Below, in pieces: positions 1 to 12,205 of a stretch of 64,000 nt of DNA (its first letter is position 1; the number at the start of each line of letters is the position of its first letter). The stretch spans positions 46,748,001 through 46,812,000 of the forward strand of contig OZ287759.1 in assembly GCA_965649765.1 (NCBI GenBank), written 5' to 3'. The notes beneath the pieces are model-generated. The model was not told the DNA's origin and ran no database searches. It was given only the letters and a program-made list of their open reading frames with translations. The translations under genes and the position numbers were made by a program. This DNA is from Bispira polyomma. Lineage: Eukaryota.

Positions 1-737
1 TATATATAATTATTTTGAAGCATCGCTGATCCCTTAAACAATAAAAGATCAGAAAACTTTAACTGAACAGATGAATGTCAAACAGCCTTACAACTCTTAA
101 TAATCAATTAATTTTAGCCTCAATGCTACAACTCCCAGATTACAATAAAGAGTGCTACCTATTCACAGATTGATCACAACATTTATCTGTAAATGCTATT
201 TGACAGGAAAGTCTCTAGCAAATCTGTTTGTGATTTGCATGCCTATTTTGCCAAAACAGAAAAAACATTCAGAAAGCATGTCTTTAAGACTTCAAAGGTA
301 ATGTCTTATATTTTGATTAACAGTTTGATATGTAGCTTATAAGTCAACTAGTGATCCCTAATGCGTATATTAAAACATAGCTTAAGGAGGAGAAGTTATG
401 TATTTTTTTGTCCTTACAAAATAAATCCATAACTTATTTCATCATTGTTTTCTTTTTTTGTATAAAAAAAGATAGCAACCACTTATTGAGATTATATATA
501 TTAGATCTATAATTCTAGGTCACTTGTAATGTGTAATTTGTGACCAGAAAAGCCTTTTCTGAATACAAGACCTTTGAAAAAAAAACCTTTAGATAGAGAA
601 TTACAGGTAAAAAATTCATGTAAAACACTTTTTGTTCCCCTATTTCTAAAGACCTACTTCAAGCTGTTTGTGTTTCCTTTTTGAATGAAAAGACTACTTC
701 TTTTATTTCCTAATAAGCTATATGGAGTTATGTGGCT

Positions 738-874
738 NNNNNNNNNNNNNNNNNNNNNNNNNNNNNNNNNNNNNNNNNNNNNNNNNNNNNNNNNNNNNNN
801 NNNNNNNNNNNNNNNNNNNNNNNNNNNNNNNNNNNNNNNNNNNNNNNNNNNNNNNNNNNNNNNNNNNNNNNNNN
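738..874. other. Assembly gap (N run)
   Basis: Run of n. Confidence 0.99.
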
Positions 875-1045
875 CAGCCGTGGTTTCAAGAGTTGTCTGT
901 GATATCAAATGCCAGACTATTTAGTATGCCTCAGTGAGAAGATAGAGCAATTGTCCCATGGTCAATTTGTCACCGCAAGCAAATCACCACACTAATTACC
1001 CTACACCTTATTGTGTGGCTCTAACTAACTGGTAATAACTGCAAA

Positions 1046-1099
1046 AAAGGCCAACAGCAAAAACACACACACAAAACATTGTGTCAACAGTATTTTATT
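1046..1099 (-). terminator. Distal poly(A) signal AATAAA (1094-1099) with GU-rich downstream element, isoform 3A
   Basis: Minus strand AATAAA followed by tgttttgtgtgtgtgtttttgctgttgg; conserved in unit B. Confidence 0.55.
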
Positions 1100-1624
1100 A
1101 TATTTTTATCCAATATTTTATTGAGATTTTTTACATGTCTAACAGAGTAAGCACACAATATTAATATAACACTAAATTTGCATTGTTGATAAGGTTCAGA
1201 GAGAGAAAAAAAAAGACATTTTAATTTTAGAGGTGACCCCTTCAACATTTTTTGTCCTTTATATGAATACATGAAAAAAACATATTAACTGATGCTGGAA
1301 TGAACATTTTCATACAGTTTTTAAATAATGATTAAATTACAATTTTTTTTATAATTCTATATACAATTTGTAAGTGGTTGGTTTTTTTGTTGTTTTTTTT
1401 TGCTCTCTCCATACATAAGTTAACATAGCTTGCTAAACTAGGAAACACCTTCTCCTATCCAAAGTAGCAGATATTTGATAAAGGCCAGACATGTCCAAAA
1501 GTAACAATTCCCTATAACAATTACTCCACTGGAGTTAATACATCTACTTGTTAAAAAGCTAATCTGTCTAGTTCACTATATACAGATACATACATGTAAA
1601 CTTGTGTCAATTTTCATCAATTTG

Positions 1625-1810
1625 AATTTAGTTTGGTTTTAACGTCACTTTCCACAACTTAGATCATGTTAAAAAGGCCAGATTATATGGTGGAAGAAAT
1701 CATCACTGTAAACCTCTGACCTACATGAAGGAACGAATAGGACATCGTATTCACATTGGTGAGAGGCCAGTGATTATCAGCAAGCGCTTCGAACCACTAG
1801 ACCACCATAA
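1625..1810 (-). mobile_element. S2-type SINE remnant present in duplication unit A only
   Basis: Reverse complement has head ggtggtctagtggttcgaagcg and tail gaaagtgacgttaaaacc; absent at the equivalent position of unit B. Confidence 0.6.
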
Positions 1811-2166
1811 TTCTTAACTTAGTATTAATTTAAATCTAATATTTTGGCATGGCCTTTCGACCGCCCGAAAAGTAAAAATTTTGATGGTAATCCTAGTGGC
1901 ATCAAAAAGAGCTCATGAGACTTAGTTTAAGTCAAAAATGTTTTGGGGAATACCGATTCTGGATTATAAACTGAGGGAATTTCAAAAATGTTTTTTTTTA
2001 AAATGCATTAAGGCTTAAGTATCACAGTCATCCTTTGTAAGACAAAATATCAAGGTGTCTATAGTTCCTAGTTAAACCTGATATACACATTTTAGTGCCA
2101 GCTAGAAATTGAATGCAATGGTATTTGATTTCAGAACATCAAAGGCCAAATAATACATGTTAAACA

Positions 2167-2172
2167 TTTATT
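2167..2172 (-). terminator. Candidate proximal poly(A) signal in 3A UTR (paralog at 6409-6414 in 3B UTR)
   Basis: AATAAA inside a block that is highly conserved between the two units, followed by U/GU-rich sequence. Confidence 0.4.
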
Positions 2173-4094
2173 TTACACAAACTTTTCTATATACAGCATC
2201 ATTACAATAGCTTAAGTTAATATCATAGCAGCCACTACATAAATATACACTATAAATATTAATATGACACACAATATGACTGACACAGAAATCATACCCT
2301 TAAAACAATGACTCTATCGAAGTTGCAAAACCAGTTTTAGGGGAATATATTGTTTGTTATGTAATGTTTTCATGACAATTTAAAATTTAAGGACAGTTTG
2401 CAGGGTGTAGTGATTTAAATCATAGTTAAAACATATGTGATAAATTTAGATTTTTAAAATGAAATTTGTTTAAAAAACATTTTATGTAAACAAGAATTAT
2501 GACCAATATAACAGACGCAAAAATGACTCAGGCTCTTAAAATGGGTCAAGGGTATCAATATTTCACTTTTTTATGATAGCAGTAACGGCTATATAACTGA
2601 AAATCAGCGTTTTAACCAGATTAAAGAAATTGGATTTAGTTGAACATATAGCAAAAGCAAAGAGTTGCCTTTAATTTATGCTTACATATTGTTAGTAAAA
2701 GAAACGTGCACTATTGTCTTAATGTCAATATTTGTGGGAATACAAATCTCTCTCTTTTTTAAAGCACAATTAATAAAATGTTTATAATTTATATCTAATA
2801 CATTCCATGAATAAAATACACATATATTTAGAGTATTTGTAACTACACAAAAATCTAACCCTACACTCCATCAAGGTATAAAGGACACTATTTATATTAA
2901 GAACACACCATATTTTCTTGTAACCGTTAGAGGAATAATTGGTGGGGTAGAGACAACACTCTCGCCTCTGTGAACTTTGCCGTTGGGCTTGATTCTTAGC
3001 CACGGCATCATGTATGTAGAAAAGTTGTAGATTCTATAAGTCACTGGACAAGGCACAGCCAGTCAGGAAATTTTTGGCATATGAATACATTGTTTAGATG
3101 AAATCATTAACACCAAACCTAAAGATTCACACTGAACCTTAAACACTGTGATGGTATGGACACCCAACCCTTATGCTAGAATGATATATAAATGTGTTAA
3201 AATATATCTTTTTATTTTGGGAACAAATTTTAATTTGGCCGAGCCCTGTCTAGTAAATTCTGCAATTTAGCCAAAAGTTTGCACAAGATTTGCTTAAGGG
3301 TCAGTGTTCTGCAGTGCAAACAAACCTTGACTAATTGCCCTGTATTGCTTTTATCGCCACCAATAAATTTTTTCATGACATGCCAATACATAAATCTATG
3401 CTGGTATTAGCTATTCCAACCCTTCTACAATATCTCTTTGGTACAACCACCACCAATTAACTTTCACCGCTTACTTTCTGCAAAAACTTCAAGCACTGCA
3501 TTGCAAGCTATATCATCCAAACAAAAGTATCGCAGACCATACAAAATAAGCTCAATTGAAATAAAAACATTGGTAACCAATGATCAAATTTATGTATAAC
3601 ATTTTGAAATAAGATACACTATTATCAAGCAACAATAAAATGTTTCAGATCTTATAATGTGAAAACAAGGACAATATGTTTTTGGTTCCAATGTGTATGT
3701 ATCATATGCAAAACTAATCATAGTGGACAGTTTTTTTATCTTTCAACATACGATTTCACTTGTATTCCTTAACTTTTACTTTATGGATATATATATATAT
3801 ATATATATACATAACTCTACCTCTGCACTTCTTCTGCTGGGCCTCAGCAGCTGCAATCAGTATCACAACCTCGTACTGATTGGCTAGTTTTTTTTTTATA
3901 TTAATGCCCATATAAACCAATAAGACAGCTGATTAGAAAATATCAACCTTTTATAGCAATGTAAGATGTCACCATCACTTGGGGGTAACCAGACCTGGTA
4001 ACACATAGCCATATGTGTTTTGATTAATACAGGAATAAACATTGTGCACACCTAATTACATTGTTTTGGTGTCTAAACTGAACCGTCTGGACTG

Positions 4095-4391
4095 TCATTT
4101 CTTGTAGGATGGTCTGCGGCCCCTTCGGAGCCCGTGTCTCCGTGGCCTGTGTTGGTGTTGATGGCTTTTCTTGTTAACAACAAACTGAGCGATTCCAAAG
4201 TTACCACTCATGTCTGTGGCTTTACAGTAAAACAGGTTGGGGCCTTTGTCCAGTAGATACCAGTAGTTCTTGTTCAGTGTCAGAAGCTGCTTCACGCGAT
4301 ACTCATTGCTGAAATCGGTGACACTCATGGGAGTCAGACTTAATCCAGGGTAGCCAGAATCCAGAGGCATGTGGGTTTCGTCAAACTGTCT
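4095..4391 (-). CDS. Terminal coding exon 3A (distal): alternative C-terminal half of Ig-like domain + His/Arg-rich tail (RQFDETHMPL…FYCKATD…GRRPSYKK*)
   Basis: Acceptor gtttttattttAG|AGA CAG, phase 0. 98 codons + TGA. Intact frame; the net length difference from 3B is a multiple of 3. Confidence 0.8.
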   Translation of the reverse strand, partial: RQFDETHMPLDSGYPGLSLTPMSVTDFSNEYRVKQLLTLNKNYWYLLDKGPNLFYCKATDMSGNFGIAQFVVNKKSHQHQHRPRRHGLRRGRRPSYKK

Positions 4392-5288
4392 CTAAAATAA
4401 AAACACAAGAAACACAAGAGACTATATAATTAATGCTTTAAGAACAGACATAGCAGGTACTATAGGATGGGTAATCAAATTTGTATGATATTATATATTC
4501 AAATTTTACACTCTCAATCAGCACCAGTAACTGTCATTCTCCTTATTGAAGAGAGGGACTTAAGGATGACCATTTATCAACATACATAATATTATTTAGC
4601 CTGTCACTGGTGATAGGAACCAGTTGACATAGAACTGCAATTTTAGTGGTTATCTGAACCACTATCTATCTGCCTGTACCTGAGTGTGTTACCCGCTGGG
4701 CTACATTGGTGGAGCTTCAACTTGGAATATGGCATATACTTTTTGAAACATCAGAGCTTCCGTTTTAGAAGTTGATAAGCTGTTGCTCTCTTGTTTGGCT
4801 TCCTACTTCAGTCAGGGGAATAATAGTTGCTGGTGTTGGTTGATTATGCCACTTTGACATAGTGGGTAAACTTATGCTATATCTACGATATAGAGTGGTG
4901 CATACATTAAAAAAATGGCGTTGTCCTCTGCCACTTGGTCATGTTCCCAGTGGCAGGTTAAGAGCCTGGTGTGGTGTTAAATTCTTCAGACTAAGGGGAA
5001 TGATAAGTTGCTAGTGTTCGTTGACTGTGGTTGGACAGCTCACATGGCCAATTTTGGTGTTTTTATACCAGATAAAACCAAAGGTAGAGTAAACATATAA
5101 ATATGAATACTTACACCTTACATTATATGAACTTTTATATGAACTAATCCACACGATATGTTTCCAGGCTTCCGAGAGGAGATGGCAATATACCTTGGCA
5201 GTGGTTTTACCATTATATATGGGTTCTATAATTATGGTAATATAGTTGAGTAACCCGGTGGATGATTGTTATATTGTAGATTTCTCTT

Positions 5289-5355
5289 AAAGGCCAACAG
5301 AAAAGGTCAACAACAACAAAAAGCACCGAAAATCTTGTGTCAACAGTATTTTATT
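5289..5355 (-). terminator. Distal poly(A) signal AATAAA (5350-5355) with GU-rich downstream element, isoform 3B
   Basis: Minus strand AATAAA followed by ggtgctttttgttgttgttgaccttttctgttgg. Confidence 0.55.
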
Positions 5356-8300
5356 TTCATCCAATATTTTAATAAGATTTTTACATGTCTAACAGAGTAA
5401 GCACACAAGATTAATATAACACTGCATTTGCATTGTTGATAAGGTTCAGATAGAAATAAAATATTTAAATTATAGGGGTGACCCCTTACGACAAGTTTTT
5501 GATTCATATTCACATGTATATATCATATCAACTGAAGCTGGAATGAACATTCATATAGGTTTTAAATATATATTAAACTACAATTTTTATCTTCTATGTA
5601 CAATTAGCAAATGCTGGGTTTTTTCTCTCTCCAAACATAAATAACATAATTTTCTATTTTAGAGAACACAACCCCTACCAAAGAAACACATATGCCATGA
5701 AGGTCTTACATATCTAAAAGTAACAATTCCCCACAATAATTACTCTGTTATTTACTACATCTACTTGTTGAAGAGCTAGCTGCCTAGTTCACTATATACA
5801 CATATGTACATAAATATATATATATAATATATATATATATATAACTTCACAATAATTTTGCTCCAGGGCTGGTTTTCATAACAGGTCTTAGCTTATGCTT
5901 AAATGTAAAATTTTGATTTTAGACCTACTGACATTTTAAAAAACTTAGTGCTTAGTACTAACTGTTCCCTGAATAAAAATACTAACATAAGTTAGTCTCA
6001 AATACTTCAGTTTAGGACCAAGTTTAAGACATTTTTTGTAAATACCGACCCTGGATGATAAACTACGGGAATTTCTGAAATAATTATTTTCTATTATCCA
6101 AATGCATTGAGGCTTAAATATCACAGTCATCTTTTTGTGAGACAAAATATCAAAGTGTCTATTGTTTCTGGTTTAAACAGATACAAAGACAAACAAGCTG
6201 TCCATAGGATATTAAAAGAAATTCTGTATGAACATCTTCTTCTCGATAATGCTACTAAAATCATAGGGTTTTTAAGATGTCTCTTATACAAAACTATATG
6301 GCACCTATATCATAACCAAGAGATAAAGCCAACAAGAAATTGAATGCAATGGTATTTGATTCCAGAACATTTAGTCAACATCAAAGGCCAATAAATACAT
6401 GTTAAACATTTATTTTACACAAACATTTCTACATACACATACATAAATACAACAGCTTAAGTTAATATCATAGCAGCCACTACATAAATATATACCATAA
6501 ATATTAATATGACACACAATATGACTGACACAGAAATCCTTGCTTTAAAACAATGACTTTATTGAAGTTGCTAAACCGGTTTCAAACACTCTGGTTTTTT
6601 TTGGTTTTGTGGAGATACAGCTGTTGTTGTGTAATATGTTTTAATGACAATATAAAATTTCAGGTCATTGTTTTCTTAGTTTATCACATAATATTTGTAT
6701 ACCGATGCTGGCAGTTAAAACATTTGAAATAAATCCAGTGTATTCAAAAGTGAAATTGATTTCCTTTTCAAATGTATACAAACAAACATTATGACCAATA
6801 TTAAAGAAAAACCACTGCTTTTACTAAAGCTTTTAGATGTGTCAAGAGTATCAATATTTCACTTTTTATAATAGCAGTATTGGCTATATAACTTTGAAAA
6901 TAAGTGTTTTAATTAGGTTAAAGAGATTGGGTTTAGTAGAACATACAGTAAAACCAAAGAGTTGCCTTTTATTTACGCTTACACATAGTTAGTAAAAGAA
7001 ACATACACTAATAATGTCTTAATGTCATTATTTCTAGGAATACAACTGTCTCTATTTTAAAGCACAATTAATCAGCTGTATATAATTCATCTATAATACA
7101 TTCCATGACATGATTTTCAATGCAATATGTATTTAGATGTTTTAGAGTAACTACACAAATCTGACCCAATCTAGGGTAGTTTACACTCCATAAGGTATAT
7201 AAGACACTATTTATATTAAGAACACACCATTTTCTATTTTTGTAGCAACAGTTTAAGGGGACAATTTGTGGTGTGTAGAGATAATACTCTCATCTCTGAC
7301 TTCTGGTGTTGGGCTTTCAATTTTGGGCCGCGGCATCGTGTATGTGGGAAAGTTGCAGATTGATTTTAAAATTCATTTGATTTGGCCACAGCCATGTTGG
7401 ATATTTGGGCATATATGAAGGCTCACACTAATCGCCAAATGGTGTGATATGAGTAAATATCGAACAACCCTAATTCTGTGATATTTTAATGCATCAGAAT
7501 AATATTTTTATCTCTTTTATTTTGGGAACAAATTGCAATAAAACCTCACTGTGTCTTTCATGAATTCTAAAATTTTAGCCCTAAGTTGGCAGTAGACTTG
7601 CTTCAGGGGCCAGTGGTTTGCAGTGCACACAGACCTTGATCAACTATCCCATACTGCTTATGTCTGTACAAAAATACATTTTTCCATCCCGATACAAAAT
7701 GCAAATATAAATCTTTGCTCAAAGAATCTCTTCTACAATATCTGTATGGTACAACCACCACCAATCTACTTTCACCATTTACGGCCAAAACCTCGATCTC
7801 TGCATTGCTATCTATATCACCCAAACGAAAGTATCGCAGACCTTACAAAAATGCTCAATTAAAAAATAAACAAAAATATTATTTTTACATTTAAACTCTG
7901 TATTTTGCAATTTTGTAATAGATGTTGCAGAAAGGTCAAATTGATGCATATAATTTTGAAATAACATACACTATTGTCATGCAACAGGAAACGTTTTTAA
8001 TCTTATAATGTGAAAAAAAAGAGTGGACGTGTTTTTTTTTAACCTTTCAACATACGATATCACTTGTATTCCTTAAGTTTCACTTCATGAATATCTATAT
8101 ACACAGCTCCACCCCAGCTTTTATTCTGCTGGGCCTCACCAACTGCATTCAGCACCACAACCTGGTTCTGATTGGCTAGTTTTTTTTTATGTTAATGCCC
8201 ATATGAACCAATGAGACTGCTGGTTACAAAATGTCAACTGTTTATAGCAATGTAAAGACGTCACCAGCAATTTCGGTGGAAGCCAAGTCTGGTGACACAT

Positions 8301-8393
8301 AGCCATATGTGTTTTGAATAGAACAGGAATATACATTAGTGTACACCCTAATCAAAACACAGTTTTGGTGTCTACACTGAACCGTCAATACTG

Positions 8394-8699
8394 TCATTTC
8401 TTATAGGACGGTCTGTGGCCCATTCGGTGCCGGTGTCTTCGTGTCCTGTTGCGCTGGTGTTGATGGTGATGGTTTTTCTTGTTGATCCAAAAGTAAGCGT
8501 ACCCAGAGTTACCACTCATGTCTGTGGCCTTGCAGCAAAACAAGTTTCGGCCATTGTCCAGTAGATACCAGTAGTTCTTGTTCAACGTCAGCAGCTGCTT
8601 CACCCGAGAATCGTGGCTGAAATCGGTGACGCTCATGGGGGTCAGACTTAATCCAGGGTAGCCGGAATCCAGAGGCATGTGGGTTTCATCAAACTGTCT
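8394..8699 (-). CDS. Terminal coding exon 3B (proximal): C-terminal half of Ig-like domain + His/Arg-rich tail (RQFDETHMPL…FCCKATD…GHRPSYKK*)
   Basis: Acceptor tttttcttatAG|AGA CAG is phase 0, matching the exon 2 donor. 101 codons + TGA. E-strand LLTL and F-strand F-x-C-x-A motif. Paralogous to 4095-4391 with synonymous differences. Confidence 0.85.
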   Translation of the reverse strand, partial: RQFDETHMPLDSGYPGLSLTPMSVTDFSHDSRVKQLLTLNKNYWYLLDNGRNLFCCKATDMSGNSGYAYFWINKKNHHHQHQRNRTRRHRHRMGHRPSYKK

Positions 8700-11600
8700 C
8701 TATAAGAAAAAAACACAAATATAACATATAATTAATGTGTTAATAGCCATTGCAGGTACCATAGGGGTACATCATGTTGTACCTTTGTATTTATATTCTT
8801 CACCTTTATCTACCTTTATTCTGGTATTCAAACAACTTCAATTTCGTGTTTTCCAAAGTATGGCCAAACAGCACCAATAACTATCATCCTGCTAATTGAA
8901 GAGTGAGGCATTAAAGTTGAGCATTTATTGCTTCTTAAAACACCAGAGCTTGTGACAGCCTATTGCTCTCATGTTTGGCTTCCTACTTCAGTCAGGGGAA
9001 TAACAGTTACTGGTGTTGGTTAACTGTGCCACTGTGACCAAGTGTGTAAACACATGCATCAGAATTCGGTCCCAGGCCTGGTGATACATAGTGGTGTATA
9101 CAAAGTGGTTTGAGTGACAACTTATAATACTATTGTCCTTTTGTCACTTCATACTGTGTCCAGTGGCAGGTTTTAAAGAACCTGGTGCAGTGTTAAATGG
9201 GTTATCCTCTAAAGCTTTTGTATTCAGACCTAGGGGAAAGATTAGTTACCAATGTTGGTTGACTCCGATGGACAGCCCACATGGCCCAATTAGTGTGTTT
9301 TATATACCAGACTAAAAGTAGACAAAGAGTAGACAATTAAAAATCAATACTTACACTATGCATCAGTCATCTTACATTATATGAACTTTCAATCTACATA
9401 ATATGTAGCCAGGCTACCGAGAAAAAGATGGCCATATTTCCAATGCCATCCCGTTGTTCTAGCTTTTTATATGGCTTCTATCATTATGGTATGAGGTGGA
9501 GTAACCAGTAATCATATTGTAGCCCCAAAAGGTTGGCTAACTCTTGCTGTCCATGTTTTCTGCTATGTACTTCAAGTTACCAGTGCATACTCTATGGATA
9601 AAATGTGAATTTACAGCAGTATGTCTTACATTAATTATACAAGAAGGACCCCAAAAAGTGTCTGGGTATTCTTCTTTATTTTTTCATTTCCCCCGAAAGA
9701 ATTCCACAGGAATGTGTTGATTACTGTAGTTGTTTGTACAAGTGACAGCCGTTTATCAGATTTACATACTTGCCTAATGTAGGGAATCAGCTCAAGTGAA
9801 CAGATGCAAACGTGTGGAAAATCAAACGATCATCCAAATAAACACTGAGGATTATTACTGTACACAGACAATACACAGTCGGCTAACATTGGACACAAAA
9901 CGGTGCTGCTCAATTGGACTTACTTAATAAAGGACTACCAAAGTCTTTGCCCCAAAAGTCTATCTACCAACAAGAGTTGTCGTTTAAAATAGGGCACACA
10001 GGCGCATAGTGTGAAATACACCAAACGTTGATATGGGCCACTATATTACTCAGGCCCCATGCTGCACTAACAATGACTAACAATAAATTTGAAACCCACT
10101 CAGTTTTGGCCAGTTTGATTTGCTTACAACCGATCCGTGAAAACCTCAGAGAGTGTCTAAGATGACGTCGCCCTTTTTATAATACTGCGCATTGATAAAA
10201 ATCACTTCTAACTGTCTTCCAAAAACCTGTTGTCATTTTTATTAGTAATTTGAAATAAGTGTGACATTTTATATATTTAGATATGCTGTACACTCCCAAG
10301 AAATGTGAAAACATTTAGGTGTTTCTTTTTTTCTTCTTTTTTTTTGAGGTCCTATTTACATGTATATTTATAGCATTGACAATATATTTATATACATATA
10401 AATACCTTATGTATAAGTGACATAAGGTGTTTTTACATATCTCTCCCTCCCATTAGATGTCAAAAGAACTGGACTCAGAAAGCCTTATTGCTATTACCAT
10501 TCTCTATTCAGGTCCTCAATTTTTCAGTCTGCTTGTTTGAGACCATTTCAAACTTCTTTTACATTTACAGATTTAAATACAAGGGGGAAGAGGGGGACCC
10601 CCTTTTCTACATGTCGACTTTTTGCATTCCTTTCTGACCCGCTGATGGCAATTTCACATTTACCTAACTCTGGTTAACAGATATAATCAGTCTTTCAAAA
10701 CAGTGTACATGTATGTATTTATATATATATATATATATACCATAATATCTTTACTATAAGCCCCCAGTGTGTTTTTCCAAAAAGGCAATTTCCTATTACG
10801 AGGAAGCTGAATGAAATTAATAAGTTTTATAATAATATTTCTGGGGTGTCGACGGCTATTTGACGGACACATCGATTCTGGGACTAACAAAAGCTTAAAC
10901 TAAACAATTGGTTGACAAGTTGAAGAACCAAGGCTGGGGGTGTAATCATGTCAAAGTGCATTAGATAACAGTAATGTTAACAACTGCGCTTTTGAGAATT
11001 ATAATTATTATTATCATTACACATTTATCTAATACAAATCACACTATTTTCACACATTGCCACAAGTGCCCGATTTTACGATATTATGCTATTATAATTT
11101 ATCTGTAGTAGCCGTTGAAATAGTGCCATTTGATTATCTCTCAAATTCTCTTTACAAAGGAGTGGGGTGTATAACTATTAGAGGCCTTTAATATGTAAAA
11201 TATGGTATATAAGTGTGTGTTGAAATTTCTTGTGTATTGCACTATTTGCTAGAACTTTGGGAGTCAATTAGAAAAAGTTTTTTATCCACCCAATCCTTCT
11301 TTAGACTGAAAAATTAGTTGTTTTTTATGATATGGCAATTGATTTCTAAATATTTTTTGTCCGATATCAAAAACTGAATCATTACACTCATTTGTAAAGT
11401 GCAGTACACAAAAACAGTTACTGTGCTTAATAAAGGACGCATGCCACAGCTTTGAATGTCGCTCACAAAATTTTTCGATATTCTAGAATTAAAGAGTGAT
11501 ATTCAACAATATATCTGTCAGCAAAAGAAAAACAAAATAAGCCATTAACTGCAGTGTAATCTGAATAAAAATAAATCTAGTTCTCATAATTTTTACGGTT

Positions 11601-11789
11601 TTGCTTAACCTTCAAGATCGCTGCTACTGATATGCACAGTTGGCTAAGCTTTGAAAGGAACTCGTTTGATTTTTCAAAACAATATTTGATTTTTGAAACT
11701 ATTTTAGTAGAATATGACCTAATATATTGCAGTGCATATTGTAAATACAACTGGAATATCAAAATGTAGTTTAATACGATTTTTAAGCA

Positions 11790-12205
11790 CAATGCCCCGT
11801 TCACACATTGGCGGTTTGGTAGGCCATACAAAAAGGTACTAGAAGGTATTGTAACTCGTCTTTCCACCTAGGGGAAATTCGGCTGTTACATCTAGGGGAT
11901 AATATTCCTTCTTATATTGTCCATAGAAGTATCACATACCGAAACATAAGATTAATGGCACGAAAGATTTGTAGTAGTTATACGCTAGTACACTAGAAAC
12001 TAGGGCAAGGTTTTTCCATTTTGGTTAGGCAAACGTTTTTGAACATGCCCAACACGTCCGCCTCGTGCGGCGGACTGTTGAAGGTTTCGAGAAGGAAGCT
12101 GAGGAAAACTTATATACATTGAGTTCTCTGTGCTATAAGGCAATTTTCATAACGTCTCTTTACCTTCGCCGAGCCATACCGACATAGTGTGAGCCCCACA
12201 CACAA
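11790..12205. mobile_element. PIF/Harbinger-like MITE; second copy 27312-27649
   Basis: Identical left end aatgccccgttcacacattggcgg in both copies, with a degenerate inverted right end (ccg(a/c)catagt(g/a)tga…). Confidence 0.65.

Larger units (their letters stand above)
1046..5288. repeat. Tandem segmental duplication unit A (~4.24 kb; last-exon cassette)
   Basis: Colinear with 5289-9532 from aaaggccaacag…tgtgtcaacagtattttatt through the exon to …atattgtag. Confidence 0.92.
5289..9532. repeat. Tandem segmental duplication unit B (~4.24 kb; last-exon cassette)
   Basis: Colinear with 1046-5288, e.g. 2104-2335 vs 6335-6570 nearly identical; exon offset 4308 bp. Confidence 0.92.

Noticed and set aside
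654-937. ORFs spanning N runs (also 47317-47651)
   Set aside because: Artefacts of assembly gaps.
1-1045. A third terminal-exon cassette
   Set aside because: No similarity to 4400-5288 seen here; further copies left of the window cannot be excluded.
7603-7862. Overlapping ORFs in the diverged UTR block as a hidden extra exon
   Set aside because: The paralogous region 3290-3560 has stops and frameshifts in both orientations, and there is no recognisable motif.
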